A stretch of 64,000 nt of DNA from Tubulanus polymorphus (lineage: Eukaryota > Animalia > Nemertea): assembly GCF_964204645.1 (NCBI RefSeq), contig NC_134025.1, positions 14,632,001-14,696,000 of the forward strand, in the 5' to 3' direction. Under the pieces are notes generated by a model that was not told the origin of the DNA, did not search any database, and was given only the letters and a program-made list of their open reading frames with translations. Below, piece by piece: positions 24,643 to 36,534 of the stretch. The position numbers and the translations under genes were made by a program. The first letter of the stretch is position 1, and each line of letters begins with the position of its first letter.

Positions 24643-25048
24643 TACGGAAGCGATAAGGGGCCTCGAGATGTCGCGTTCCAACTCGACAAGTCGCCATATT
24701 TATGTCGATATATCGCGTCAAGTCGACATGAATATGTCGACATATCATGACGTTTTCACGACAAATTTCGCTTTTTTGCCCATTTTCCACGGGACAAGCC
24801 GTCATTTGAAGACACGTCTAAATGTAAGATGAGGACGCCAGTGATATGACGACTGAGTTTCAAGTCGTCATGAATATGTTGACTTGTCGCGAGGAAAGTG
24901 ATCGAGAAAACGAAATATGTCGTCAAAACGTAACGATATATCGACATATTCATGTCGACTTGACGCGATATATCGCGGTATGTCGACATAAATATGGCGA
25001 CTTGTCGAGTTGGAACGCAACATCTCGAGGCCCTTTATCGCTTCTGTA
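24643..25048. mobile_element. MITE-like element with long imperfect inverted repeats; partial copy at ~25079-25206
   Basis: TACGGAAGCGATAAGGGGCCTCGAG... and ...CTCGAGGCCCTTTATCGCTTCTGTA; arms >100 bp; TA at both ends. Confidence 0.75.
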
Positions 25049-26271
25049 CGTACGACTCCATGTGACTGGCGTTGCTGAAAGATGAGGACGCCAGTGATAT
25101 GAGTTTCAAGTCGTCAAAACGTCACGATATGTCGACATATTCATGTCGAATTGATGCGATATATCGACATAAATATGGCGACTCGAGGCCCTTTATCGCT
25201 TCCGTAGATCTTTCATTAAGTAGGATCACTTGAATGATCGCTTTAATATCACTTTTAAAAAAAAAGAATCTGCCAAAATGACCTTAATATTCGACACTAT
25301 AGCTACGGAAGCGATAAGGGGCCTCGAGATGTCGCGTTCCAACTCGACAAGTCGCCATATTTTTGTCGACATACCACGATATATCGCGTCAAGTCGACAT
25401 GAATATGTCAATATATCGTTACGTTTTGACGACATATTTCGTTTTCTCAACCATTTTCCTTGCGACAAGTCGACATATTCATGACGACTTGAAACTCAGT
25501 CGTCATATTCCTGGCGTCCTCATCTTGTGATTGAGTGACTATCACCACAGAGAGTTGACCAGATCCGAAGGAGTAAAGTCGAAGAGCGTGTTGTATTTTG
25601 TGAATCTAAACAGCATCTAACTTTATTACTACAGTATAGGGTTACAGTATAGTACACATGGCGCGAAACAGCAACCAATCATATAAGAGAGACATCAACG
25701 AATCATATAAGAGAACCAACACATGTCGTTCTCGACACTCCAGGGGCGGCGGTAAGCGCCGAATTTGAAAGTTTACTCCAAGATAACATGTATCGCATTA
25801 AATTGAAAGATATTAATAATCACTATACTAAGTAATAGTTACACGTATGAAATTGAATCGCCATAAGGGCTAGAAATAGGGACATTGCGTTGTGTTGAAT
25901 AAATGAGTACATAAAGAATATTTCATAATAAATGACTATCTATAGAAAGCAAGTTAACATCGTATCGAATAACATTTAAATTCATTAATCCGCTTTATAG
26001 TAATAATAAGTAATTCCCAACACCAAGAGTGATTAAACGATATTTCAAGTCCTTTCCGGTAAAGAAAAGTTTCGAAGCAAACGCGTTATTTGTTTAAGAT
26101 CGGAAACGATTAAAGTTCAGAAAACGCGTAAAAACGATAACGTGTTTGACCTCGCGGCCGACGAAGAATTTAACGTAAACACGCATGCAGAATCACGTGA
26201 TGTAAACATAGTCGAGTAAAAAGGCAATAATAGCCTACGCATCGGTTTCATACATATAATCCAGACAGAGT

Positions 26272-29200
26272 TCAGTCTTTTAATAATTTCGTCCAATTTC
26301 TAATCTTTCGCTGAGCGTTGGCTGCGGCCAGCCTGGTCGCACGCGTTTTCGGTTGATTTGTATCGGTAATCGTACCGGTATCCGATGAATCATCGACAGA
26401 TTTCGCGTTAATTTCCAGCGGATATAATTTCGATACGGGTCGGTTCGTACGGCCGGTACTTGTTCGAATATCCGCTGATCGCACAAGTCCATCGGCGCTA
26501 ACGTTTAATTTCTCGACGAGTGCCATACGCCAGTGTATTCGCTTCTTGTTGTCCTCGTGCACTAAAACAATGTCGCCAGTTTTTATTTTGTTTTCGAGTT
26601 TCCCGTTTCCGAGTTTCGCACGTTCTCTGAGCGCTATCAAGTATTCACGGCTCCAACGTCGTTTGAACGAACTCAAAAGTTCTCGCAACGTTTGATTACG
26701 GCGTTGAATATCGGTATACGAAACGGTAAAGTCCTGATCATTTAGATCAATGTCCTCATACGGCAACAGAGTTAATTGGCGACCGCATAACAGTTGTGAC
26801 GGAGATAACGGAAGAGGCTCGTCTTCCGTACTATACACATACGTGAGAGGTCGATCGTTGATCGTAGCCTCAATTTCACACAAGAGAGTTCGTAATTCAT
26901 CGTCCGTGACGATGCTTCTACCGAGAATCTTTCTGAGGCATTCTTTCGTTACGCCTATCATCCTTTCCCAGAATCCCCCGAACCAAGGGGCTCGTTTGGG
27001 AATGAATGTCCATCTGATTCGATTGTTCGCCATATATCTCGCGACGATCGGCGAATTGACGATTTCTTCTATCTCTACGCAAGATTTTAGAAAGTATGAC
27101 CCGTTGTCACTGATCAGTTCATGCGGTAACGATCTACGCGAAACGAATCTCCGGAATGCTCGAATAAACGCGGCAGGTGTCATATTAATGACTGATTCGA
27201 GATGGACTGCTCGCGTGGTGACGCATGTAAACAGACAAATGTAACGTTTATGGCGCTTGTCAGACGTGCCTCTGACCCAAATTTCGCCTGAATAATCTAC
27301 TCCGGTAACAGTAAAGGGCGGAGCATCCGTAACGCGCGAAACTGGAAGTGGCGGTGGTATAGGTCTGCAGTAGGCGGAGCCTCGTACTATAGCGCACGTA
27401 ACACATTTCCTGAGAACTGATTTTACGACTTGTCTAATTTTCGGTATCCAGTATCTTTGCCTGATAGCAGTAACAGTCCCGCCGATTCTTAAATGTTTAC
27501 ACCTCCTGTGGTGAAACAACACGATCAAACGCGTAATATGGTGATCTGGTAAAAGAATGGGAAATTTGGCATCGTAGGGTAAAGACGAATTTTGCACACG
27601 ACTGCCGCATCGAATAAGTCCCCTGTCATCGATAAAGATTTTCAGTTGTTTGACCAGGTTACCGCGTTTGAGTTTCTGGTCTGTCAATTGATTCAATTCA
27701 GATTTAAAGTATGTTTTCTGTAAGTCCATGACCCATTTGTTTTCTGCAGTTTTTATCTCATCGGCGGTGAGTTCCCCGCTAACCCGATCGGCTGGATTCC
27801 TCAGATTATGTAAATATCTGAGGAAATAAGCGGTAACACGCACGAGTTCGGTCAACGATCCATATTTTTCCGGATCAATGATCTTTAAGATACCCGCTTT
27901 TTCTAACTGTTCGTGTTGTATCGACATGGTAGTCTCGTCGACAGATTCATCAGTTTTAATTTCGTTATCGGCTTGAAATCGCGAGACTGGCCAATCGCCG
28001 ACTTTCAACCAGTCGGGCCCGTGCCACCATAGTGTTGAATTGGCCAGTTGATGAGTGGTTATACCGCGTGTTAGTAGATCCGCTGGATTATCTTGAGTCG
28101 GTACGTAATTCAATTCCACATCGAGATTGTCTAGCTTCAAGGAGTTTATCTCGTGCACCCGATTTTGAACGAAATACGGAAGTCGATTTTCACTCCTAGT
28201 CCTACTTAGGACTATCTCGCTATCGGACCAGATAATCGCTTTGCTGAAATTGTAGCATGGATTGAGCGCATCGAATGAATATTTGATCAAACGGGCGCCG
28301 ACGACGGCGGCCATTAGCTCGAGGCGCGGTAACGAGAGCTGTTTAACGGGTGCAACTCTGTTTTTCGCTATGACAAGCGCGGTGTTTTTCCCTTGACGTA
28401 GATAAACGGTGGCTCCGTAGCCACGTGAACTCGCGTCCACAAAGCAATGTAACTCAGTATCGGTATCCTCCGACGGCGCAGAAAAATACTTCCGGTTAAT
28501 CGTTATTTTTCTCGCATTTTGTAGATCGCGGTACAAAGTTTTCCAGTTATTGCTCACCTCGTCTAGTAATAATTCATCCCACGAGACATTCGCCTTCCAT
28601 AATTCTTGGATGAATATTTTTGATTTGATGTGAACCGGTGATAACAGTCCTAACGGATCATAGAGACTCGCCACGCTCCTGACGATTTCGCGCTTCGTAA
28701 TAATTTCTGGTTCGCTATGCTCGATCGCTTGTTTGTTTTTAAGCCTGTCCTGATTGACATCCCACAGGAGTCCTAGGTTGCTGACAACGTCATGTCCGTT
28801 CAATAAGTTGTCTTTACTCGCAATATGTCTGAGGTTTTCGTTGTTACTAGTCCACTCACATAGTTTAAATCCTGCGTCGGACATCATCCGATTCGCGTTA
28901 TGGTAATAATCGATCGCTGTCGATTCGTCTTTCACCGACGTAACGACGTTGTCTACGTATATGCTCGATTTCATGTCGTTAGCTACCGTGCTCTTATCTT
29001 TGTCCAAATGTGATTTTATGACGGCATTGAGAATAAACGGCGAGCACGCTGCTCCGAATAATACAGATTTAAATTGATACGTAATGAATTTGCTTTCGGG
29101 GTCGTTTGGATCGCTTAGCCAGAAAAATTTCGTGAATTTCCGGTCTGGCTCGGCTAGGCCCACTTGAAGGAAGGCCTTTTCGATGTCGCTACTAAGTCCA

Positions 29201-31614
29201 ACGTCGCATGTACGAAAGTTCATCAAGATCGAACCAAGATCGTTAAGCAGTAGCGGTCCTTTTTCCAGGCAGTCATTTAAACTCGGAGACTGACGCGTAC
29301 GGAAGCTACAATCGTAGACGACGCGAATTGGTGTTGTAGCTGAGTCTTTCTTCACCGAGTGGTGCGGTATATAATGCCCTTCGGATTCGTTTTCCTCGTG
29401 GATCGACTCGATGAATCCACGCGCTATTTGATCTTCGATAATTCGATCATAGATTTTTCGGGTATCGTTATTTAGTTTCCTGACCATCGCTCGCGTTCGG
29501 TTGGCTGTGTTCAGTCTATTGGTCGGTAATGGAGGGTGTTCCGGCCTCCATGGTAGCTGCGCAACGTATTGGTTTCCCGCCATTTCGATACAATCCGTCG
29601 CGTAATTTTCAAACGTAAGTTCTTCGTTTATCGGGTGTTTTATCCCGAGTGTTTCGACTCTCCAAAAGTTTTCGAGTTGGTCTCGTTCATGAGTATCATC
29701 GGTGAGGATAAAGTTCGCGTAGTCACGACGGTCGTGACTCGAGTTTTTTAGCGGACCCGAAAGAAGATAACCGAGTTTTGACGCAACCGCTGTGGGGCCG
29801 TTGCCCCTGACGACTTTGTCCTCAACTAAGGACCAGTAGTAGTCGGATCCAATTAATAGAGCGATTTCGAACGATTCACGACCGCTTACTGGGTGCGCCA
29901 GTTTCAGACCCGATAGATAATGTAAATTACGTGTATCTTTGATGTGATTACTCATAGGTGTCCTAATGTTCGATTTTACGAGTGCGCTTATCGGCACGTC
30001 TCCAGTTTCGGTTTTAATGGCTAACTTGACCCGGTCGTATTTCCTTTGTTTAGATTTAGTATCTCCAAAGATCGAAAGATTCAGTATTTCGCTCGACTCC
30101 GGTTTCAAGTTTAATTTGACGGCTGTTTCCTCCGTGATCCATGTTCGGGTCGAGCCTTCATCAAACAATATGCTGACGGTCTCGGAGTTTTGATGTTTTT
30201 CATCAGTAATTTCAGCAACAGCTGTCTTTAAGACGACTGGCGTCGATACGGTGATTGAGTCTTGTGAATTTAGCACGCCGATGTACATTTGCCTGTCATC
30301 GCATCGCGGGTTCTGATCGTTATGACCAGCTGATTGTGGTTTTTTGCCGCATAGAGATGTATGGTGTTTATCTGAACATACGGAACAGCTATAGCGTGAC
30401 CTGCAATCTCTGGCTTTGTGATTTTTTCTCAAACAATTTCGGCAGAGATTTTCTCTTTTCACTATATCCATCCGTTTTTCCAGAGTGTTATAGATCAGAC
30501 AATCCCTTGATTTGTGGTCTTTCTTGCAGTAGTTACATTGAATTTTATAATTACGGTCTAGACGGCTTGTTTGATTTCGTTTTCTGTGATGAATTAATAA
30601 TGACGTGTCTGTGGTTTCGTCTTCTGAATCGCTGATGAGCACATTTTGAATGGCTTGTCCTGCCAGACCCGCTTGAATCTCTTTCTGTAACGCTTTCTTC
30701 AATTCAGTTAAATTCCATGCTGAATCACCATGGTCGCGTGTGATCTGAGTTTTAATTCCCGATGGGAGTTTCTCGAATATGACTGGAATCAGGAGATCCC
30801 CATAGCTTTCCTCGGTCTTACCGAGAGATTTTAGACCCCTGATATAGCCTTCCAGTTCATCGTAGAACTTTTTCATCTGTTGTACATTTTCGCGTGGTTT
30901 TGGCAATTCCCACAATGCCTTCATATAAACGTTGATCAATTTATGAGTTTGTCCGTACCTGTTTTTCAAAAGTTCAATGGCTTCGACGTAGTTGTTATTG
31001 GTCAGTGATAAGCCCTCGACGCATCGGGCCGCTTCTCCGCTGAGTTGCGCACGAAGATACTGGAATTTTTGGATGTCGTCTAATCCGGTATCGTTGTGGA
31101 TAGCTGATTCGAATGCATCTATAAAGCCGATCCATTGTAGTAAATCCCCGCTGAATGTCGGTAAATGTAACTTAGGTAGATTGACTTGCCTTGATTTGTT
31201 GTTAATCGGTTGATGAGTTGTCGTTGTCGTCGGTTTCGTGTCGTTATTGAACGTTTCAATAAAGAATCGATATCTTTGTATTTCGATAATCCGTTCGAAT
31301 GCGAAATCATCTGCTTCTGCGATAGATGATTGTAGATTTTCATCTGGCGTCAACGAAAGGATTGTTTGATCTAGTTCTTGTATGAGGTTTAGCTTTGTGA
31401 CCGCTGATGATATGATTGCTACCAGATCTTGAACTTCGACTAGGCCTACTTCTGTTGATCCGGATTGTAGGCTCTGGTAGACCTCTTCTGCACGATTGAG
31501 GTATTTAGATAACTGCCCTCGGTGGGCCAACCGAGATGCTGTAGGACGCTTCGTTTGGTCCATTTCGTTTTGACGCTCAGTTTCGTCATACGCATTTTCC
31601 GATGTCGTCGACAT
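26272..31614 (-). CDS. BEL/Pao Gag-Pol polyprotein, uninterrupted (~1780 aa)
   Basis: Likely start MSTTSEN just after the PBS; LPKLHLPTFSG gag, three Cys/His knuckles, protease LFDEGS, RT SDIEKAF/YVDN, RNase H FVDASS/WSDS/NPAD, integrase GVDY/SDNG/GGFWERM. Confidence 0.95.
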   Translation of the reverse strand: MSTTSENAYDETERQNEMDQTKRPTASRLAHRGQLSKYLNRAEEVYQSLQSGSTEVGLVEVQDLVAIISSAVTKLNLIQELDQTILSLTPDENLQSSIAEADDFAFERIIEIQRYRFFIETFNNDTKPTTTTTHQPINNKSRQVNLPKLHLPTFSGDLLQWIGFIDAFESAIHNDTGLDDIQKFQYLRAQLSGEAARCVEGLSLTNNNYVEAIELLKNRYGQTHKLINVYMKALWELPKPRENVQQMKKFYDELEGYIRGLKSLGKTEESYGDLLIPVIFEKLPSGIKTQITRDHGDSAWNLTELKKALQKEIQAGLAGQAIQNVLISDSEDETTDTSLLIHHRKRNQTSRLDRNYKIQCNYCKKDHKSRDCLIYNTLEKRMDIVKRENLCRNCLRKNHKARDCRSRYSCSVCSDKHHTSLCGKKPQSAGHNDQNPRCDDRQMYIGVLNSQDSITVSTPVVLKTAVAEITDEKHQNSETVSILFDEGSTRTWITEETAVKLNLKPESSEILNLSIFGDTKSKQRKYDRVKLAIKTETGDVPISALVKSNIRTPMSNHIKDTRNLHYLSGLKLAHPVSGRESFEIALLIGSDYYWSLVEDKVVRGNGPTAVASKLGYLLSGPLKNSSHDRRDYANFILTDDTHERDQLENFWRVETLGIKHPINEELTFENYATDCIEMAGNQYVAQLPWRPEHPPLPTNRLNTANRTRAMVRKLNNDTRKIYDRIIEDQIARGFIESIHEENESEGHYIPHHSVKKDSATTPIRVVYDCSFRTRQSPSLNDCLEKGPLLLNDLGSILMNFRTCDVGLSSDIEKAFLQVGLAEPDRKFTKFFWLSDPNDPESKFITYQFKSVLFGAACSPFILNAVIKSHLDKDKSTVANDMKSSIYVDNVVTSVKDESTAIDYYHNANRMMSDAGFKLCEWTSNNENLRHIASKDNLLNGHDVVSNLGLLWDVNQDRLKNKQAIEHSEPEIITKREIVRSVASLYDPLGLLSPVHIKSKIFIQELWKANVSWDELLLDEVSNNWKTLYRDLQNARKITINRKYFSAPSEDTDTELHCFVDASSRGYGATVYLRQGKNTALVIAKNRVAPVKQLSLPRLELMAAVVGARLIKYSFDALNPCYNFSKAIIWSDSEIVLSRTRSENRLPYFVQNRVHEINSLKLDNLDVELNYVPTQDNPADLLTRGITTHQLANSTLWWHGPDWLKVGDWPVSRFQADNEIKTDESVDETTMSIQHEQLEKAGILKIIDPEKYGSLTELVRVTAYFLRYLHNLRNPADRVSGELTADEIKTAENKWVMDLQKTYFKSELNQLTDQKLKRGNLVKQLKIFIDDRGLIRCGSRVQNSSLPYDAKFPILLPDHHITRLIVLFHHRRCKHLRIGGTVTAIRQRYWIPKIRQVVKSVLRKCVTCAIVRGSAYCRPIPPPLPVSRVTDAPPFTVTGVDYSGEIWVRGTSDKRHKRYICLFTCVTTRAVHLESVINMTPAAFIRAFRRFVSRRSLPHELISDNGSYFLKSCVEIEEIVNSPIVARYMANNRIRWTFIPKRAPWFGGFWERMIGVTKECLRKILGRSIVTDDELRTLLCEIEATINDRPLTYVYSTEDEPLPLSPSQLLCGRQLTLLPYEDIDLNDQDFTVSYTDIQRRNQTLRELLSSFKRRWSREYLIALRERAKLGNGKLENKIKTGDIVLVHEDNKKRIHWRMALVEKLNVSADGLVRSADIRTSTGRTNRPVSKLYPLEINAKSVDDSSDTGTITDTNQPKTRATRLAAANAQRKIRNWTKLLKD

Positions 31615-31633
31615 AATCCTGGTCACGGCACCA
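31615..31633 (-). promoter_or_regulatory. Primer binding site complementary to tRNA-His 3' end
   Basis: TGGTGCCGTGACCAGGATT on the minus strand, 2 nt inside the 5' LTR. Confidence 0.8.
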
Positions 31634-32114
31634 AATGTGATGGAGTGACTATCACCACAGAGAGTTGACCAGATCCGAAGGAGTAAAGTCGAAGAGCGTG
31701 TTGTATTTTGTGAATCTAAACAGCATCTAACTTTATTACTACAGTATAGGGTTACAGTATAGTACACATGGCGCGAAACAGCAACCAATCATATAAGAGA
31801 GACATCAACGAATCATATAAGAGAACCAACACATGTCGTTCTCGACACATCTTACATTTAGACATGTCTTTAAATGACGGCTTGTCCCGTGGAAAATGAG
31901 CAAAAAAGCGAAATTTGTCGCGAAAACGTCACCATATGTAGACATATTCATGTGGACTTCACGCGATATATCGACATAAATATGGAGACTTGTCGAGTTT
32001 GAACGCGACAACTCGAGGCCCTTTATCGCTTCCATACTATATCAGATTAATCGACTTCAAAATAGGCGCTATAAATAACGTTATAAATTGGCCTAATTAT
32101 TCAAAAGCTAATAA

Positions 32115-34020
32115 AGTGGGCGACAAAACAAAAAAAAATTAATTGTCGCGGGCGACAAAACCGAAAAAATGAATTGTCGCGGGCGATAAAACCAAAATCT
32201 TGAATTGTCGCAGGCGACAAAACCAAAATATTGAATTGTCGCGGGCGACAAAACCAAACCAATGAATTGTCGCGGGCGATAAAACCAAAATAATGAATTG
32301 TCGCAGGCGATAAAACCAAAATAATGAATTGTCGCTGGCGATAAAACCAAAATATTGAATTGTCGCAGGCGATAAAACCAAAATATTGAATTGTCGCGTG
32401 GGACAAAACCAAAATATTGAATTGTCGTGGGCGACGTAACCAAACTAATGAATTGTCGCGGGAGATAAAACCATAATAATGAATTGTCGCTGGCGATAAA
32501 ACCAAAATATTGAATTGTCGCAGGCGATATAACCAAAATATTGAAGTGTCGCAGGCGATAAAACCTCGACAAAAAACAAATTGTCGCGGGCGATTAAACC
32601 AAAATAATGAATTGTCGCGTGCGACAAAACCAAAATAATGAATGTCGTGGGCGATAAAACCAAAATAATGAATCGTCGCGTGTGACAAAACCAAAAAAAT
32701 GAATTGTCTCGGGCGATAAAACCAAAATCTTGAATTGTCGCCATCATTATTTTGGTTTTGTCACACACGACAATTCAATATTTTGGTTTTATCGCCCGCG
32801 ACAATTCATTATTTTGGTTTTATCGCTTGCGACAATTCATTATTTTGGTTTTGTCGCCCGCAAAAATTCAATATTTTGGTTTTATCGCCCACAACAATTC
32901 ACTACTTTGGTTTTATCGCCAGCGACAATTCATTATTTTGGTTTTGTCGCCCGCGACAATTCTTCTTTTTGGTTTTGTCGCCCGCGACAATTCATTATAT
33001 TGGTTCTATATTTTGGTTTCGTCCCCCGCGACAATTCAATATTTTGGTTTTATCGCCCGCGATAATTCATTATTTTGGTTTTGTCGCCCGAGACAATTCA
33101 TTATTTCGGTTTTATCGCCCGCGACAATTCACCATTTTGGTTTTGTCGCCTGGACAATTCACCATTTTGGTTTTGTCGCCCGCGACAATTCATTATTTTG
33201 GTTTTGTTGCCCCCACAATTCTTTTTTTGGTTTTGTCGCCCGCGACAATTCATTAGTTTGGTTCTATATTTTGGTTTCGTCCCCCGCGACAATTCAATAT
33301 TTTGGTTTTATCGCCCGCGATAATTCATTATTTTGGTTTTGTCGCCCGCGACAATTCTTCTTTTTGGTTTTGTCGCCCGCGACAATTCATTATATTGGTT
33401 CTATATTTTGGTTTCGTCCCCCGCGACAATTCAATATTTTGGTTTTATCGCCCGCGATAATTCATTATTTTGGTTTTGTCGCCCGAGACAATTCATTATT
33501 TCGGTTTTATCGCCCGCGACAATTCACCATTTTGGTTTTGTCGCCTGGACAATTCACCATTTTGGTTTTGTCGCCCGCGACAATTCATTATTTTGGTTTT
33601 GTTGCCCCCACAATTCTTTTTTTGGTTTTGTCGCCCGCGACAATTCATTAGTTTGGTTTTGTCGCCCGCGACAATTCAATATTTTGGTTTTATCGCCCAC
33701 GACAATTCATTACTTTGGTTTTATCTCCAGCGACAATTCATTATTTTGGTTTTGTCGCCCGTGACAATTCTTCTTTTGGTTTTGACGCCCACGACAATTC
33801 ATTATTTTGGTTTTATATTTTGTTATTGTCGCCAGCGACAATTTTTTTTTTGGTTTTGTCGGCCGCGACAATTCATTATTTTGGTTTTATCGCCCGCGAC
33901 AATTCAATATTTTGGTTTTATCGCCCGCGATAATTCATTATTTTGGATTATTGCCCGCGACAATTCATTATTTTGGTTTTATCGCCCGCGACAATTCATT
34001 ATTTTGGTTTTGTCGCCCGA
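32115..34020. repeat. 31-bp satellite array with orientation switch at ~32742
   Basis: aaaaccaaaa-strand units until ~32741, then ttttggtttt-strand units. Confidence 0.95.
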
Positions 34021-35021
34021 AGAAAATTTTGAAGACGCTTTGATCAATTACCTTGATCTTTCGTTTATATTTGAATCTACCAAAGGCCCATCAGCATAAG
34101 AAAATTGGGTCGATCTGACTCAAGATGGCCGTCCTATGACCTTTTTAGTGCCCAAAAATGTCAATTTTGGCCAGAATTCTAGGTCCTGTAGCTTCCTACT
34201 GGTTTGCCATTTCTCATTGCAATTGCTGATGGGTATTCTTTAGAGAGGGATGTTTTATACCTGGGATAGGTATTTTTGATCAGCCAATTATGACGCAATT
34301 GGCGGCCGTCTTGGTGTCATCAGTACTCATTCCTAGGTGGGAAAAGTTTTTCCACAATTAATTGATACCTAAGCATATTGTGTTTTTATATTCAATTGGA
34401 AAGTTGTAGCCCATAACGTGTTCTATGATTTTGGTGAGTTTCAAGGTCATTGGTTTTTGTATGTGGCCATCAGGGGGCTTTGAATAATACAATAACTTAG
34501 TATCGCTATGTCATATTTGTACCAAGGCATATTTTGTTACCATGATCAATGGCAAAGTTGTAGTTCATGACATCGTCTATGATTGTGGTGAGTTTTTAAG
34601 GACATTAGTTATTCCATAAAGTCACCAGGGGGCGCTGAATAGTAGAATGGCTTAGTATTTCCTTATTAGATTGGTACCTAGGCATATTTTGTTACTATGA
34701 TCAATTGCAAAGTTGTATTTCATGACATGTACTACGATTGCGGTGAGTTTTAAGGTCATTGGGTTTTGCATATGGTCACCAGGGGGCGTTGAATAGTAGA
34801 ATAACTTAGTATTTCCATATTAAATTGGTAACGAGGCATATTTTGTTATCACAATCAATTACAAAATCATAGCTGCTCACATGTTCTATGATTGTGGTGG
34901 GTTTCAAGGTCATTGGTTTTTGTATATGGTCACTAGAGGGCGTTATGTATTGAAATTGTTAGATTGTTGAGCATTTGAAACCACTGCCCAAGTGAGCATG
35001 GTGTCCGTGGACCCCCAGTTT
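34021..35021 (+). mobile_element. Helentron-like family B, 5'-truncated copy
   Basis: Homologous to ~36800-38256; same 3' hairpin. Confidence 0.7.
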
Positions 35022-35576
35022 GGTTTTAACGCCCGCGACAATTCATTATTGTGGTTTTATCGCCCGCGACAATTCATTATTTTGGTTTTATCGCCCGCGA
35101 CAATTCATTATTTTTGTTTTGTCGCCCGTGACAATTCAATATTTTGGTTTTGTCACCCGCGACAATTCATAATTTTGGTTTTGTCGCCCATGGTTTTGTC
35201 GGAACATTAAGTTTTTTGGTCGAACAGTGTGTTAAGGTCGTTTTGGAAATTTACTCGGTCTGGTATATTTTGGATTACTGTGTATGTCATTTGTCAGGAG
35301 ATTAAACAGAAGACGACTTAGGATACTACCTTGCGTGACTCCACTAGTTAGACCGTCTCATTCCAAGATGAGGCGTTCCGTTGATTTCGGTTACAAGTTT
35401 CCGTTCAGAGATAACTGCTGTGCCATTTGGGCGACCTATCATTGATACTGTTTCCTAATAGCCTGTTCAGTAATGGCTGATGTTGAGCCTTATCAAATGC
35501 TTTGTTGAAATCCACCGTTGAACAGGATTCTAAGACTGTGCAGAAAACCCGTTATCGCTGCTTTGCAGCTATATTT
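35022..35576 (+). mobile_element. Family A: short satellite plus 3' end
   Basis: Ends cagaaaacccgttatcgctgctttgcagctatatttt. Confidence 0.65.
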
Positions 35577-36030
35577 TCAAATTGTTTTTTGATGGTTTCA
35601 TTCTGTTATTTAATGTTGCTAAGAATGCTTTTCTATCTCCCATTTATTAGGAAAAGAAATTACTTGTGGTGATGAGTGGGGATTACTTCCCCTTGTATAA
35701 CAAGTACGCTATTAACCGTTCTCACCCAAGCCACACAGCATCTATTAGGAGCAGTGATTATAACTGTCCAGATAAGTCATTTCGGATCCTTGATATCAAA
35801 TTCCTCAACATATCGTTCATTATTTGGATCATTGTTCCATTGATCAATAAATTTCTTTGCCTTTGTTAACTGTTCTAAATATAACTGTAAATCTAGTTCA
35901 TTAGATTTGATTTGATTTTCTTTCTTTTCTAAAGGCCTTAAATTTTTCCAACCCCAAATAAGTTTTTTATTGTATTCATCATTCCTTTCCATTTATAAGG
36001 AAAAAAAATTACTTGTGGTGATGAGTGGTG
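35577..36030 (-). mobile_element. Isolated Polinton-like fragment: 71-aa ORF (35777-35992) and the start of a second ORF (ATG 35643)
   Basis: AT-rich; both ATGs are preceded by CCACTCATCAC..TTTTCCT(T/A)ATAAATG; a ~50-bp block is shared with ~15551-15603 of the main Polinton. Confidence 0.6.
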
Positions 36031-36074
36031 TCTCGTACTCTCGTACTCTGATCTGAAAGCCCACTTTTCCAATT

Positions 36075-36534
36075 ACTTTGGTTTTATCGCCCACGACAAT
36101 TCATTACTTTGGTTTTATCTCCAGCGACAATTCATTATTTTGGTTTTGTCACCCGCAACAATTTTTCTTTTGGTTTTGTTGCCCGCGACAATTCAATATT
36201 TTGGTTTTATCGCCTGCAATAATTCATTATTTTGGTTTTATCGCCCGCGACAATTCAATATTTTGTTTTTGTCGCCCGCGACAATTCATTATTTTGGTTT
36301 TATCGCCCGCGACAATTCATTATTTTGGTTTTGTCGCACGTGACAATTCAATATTTTGTTTTGTCGCCCGAGACAATTCATTATTTTGGTTTTATCGCCC
36401 GCGACTATTCAATATTTTTGTTTTATCGCGCGCGACAATTCATTAGTTTGGTTTTATCGCCCGCGACAATTCATTAGTTTGGTTTTATCACCCGCGACAA
36501 TTCATTAGTTTGGTTTTGTCGCCCGCGACAATTC
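36075..36534. repeat. 31-bp satellite array
   Basis: Direct repeats of ttttggttttatcgcccgcgacaattcatta. Confidence 0.93.

Larger units (their letters stand above)
25526..31847 (-). mobile_element. Full-length BEL/Pao LTR retrotransposon, recent insertion
   Basis: 212-bp LTRs at 25526-25737 and 31636-31847 (TG..CA, one mismatch seen); 5-bp TSD CATCT at 25521-25525 and 31848-31852. Confidence 0.96.
25304..32036. mobile_element. Third MITE copy, split by the BEL/Pao insertion
   Basis: Left arm 25304-25525 and right arm 31848-32036 rejoin across the CATCT duplication. Confidence 0.75.

Noticed and set aside
31615-31788. N-terminal extension of the 1838-aa ORF
   Set aside because: Runs through the LTR and PBS; the likely start is ATG at 31614.
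35660-35720. Hammerhead ribozyme at GTGATGAG plus stem
   Set aside because: Lacks the CTGATGA core and the following GAAA; better explained as the promoter-like box on the other strand.
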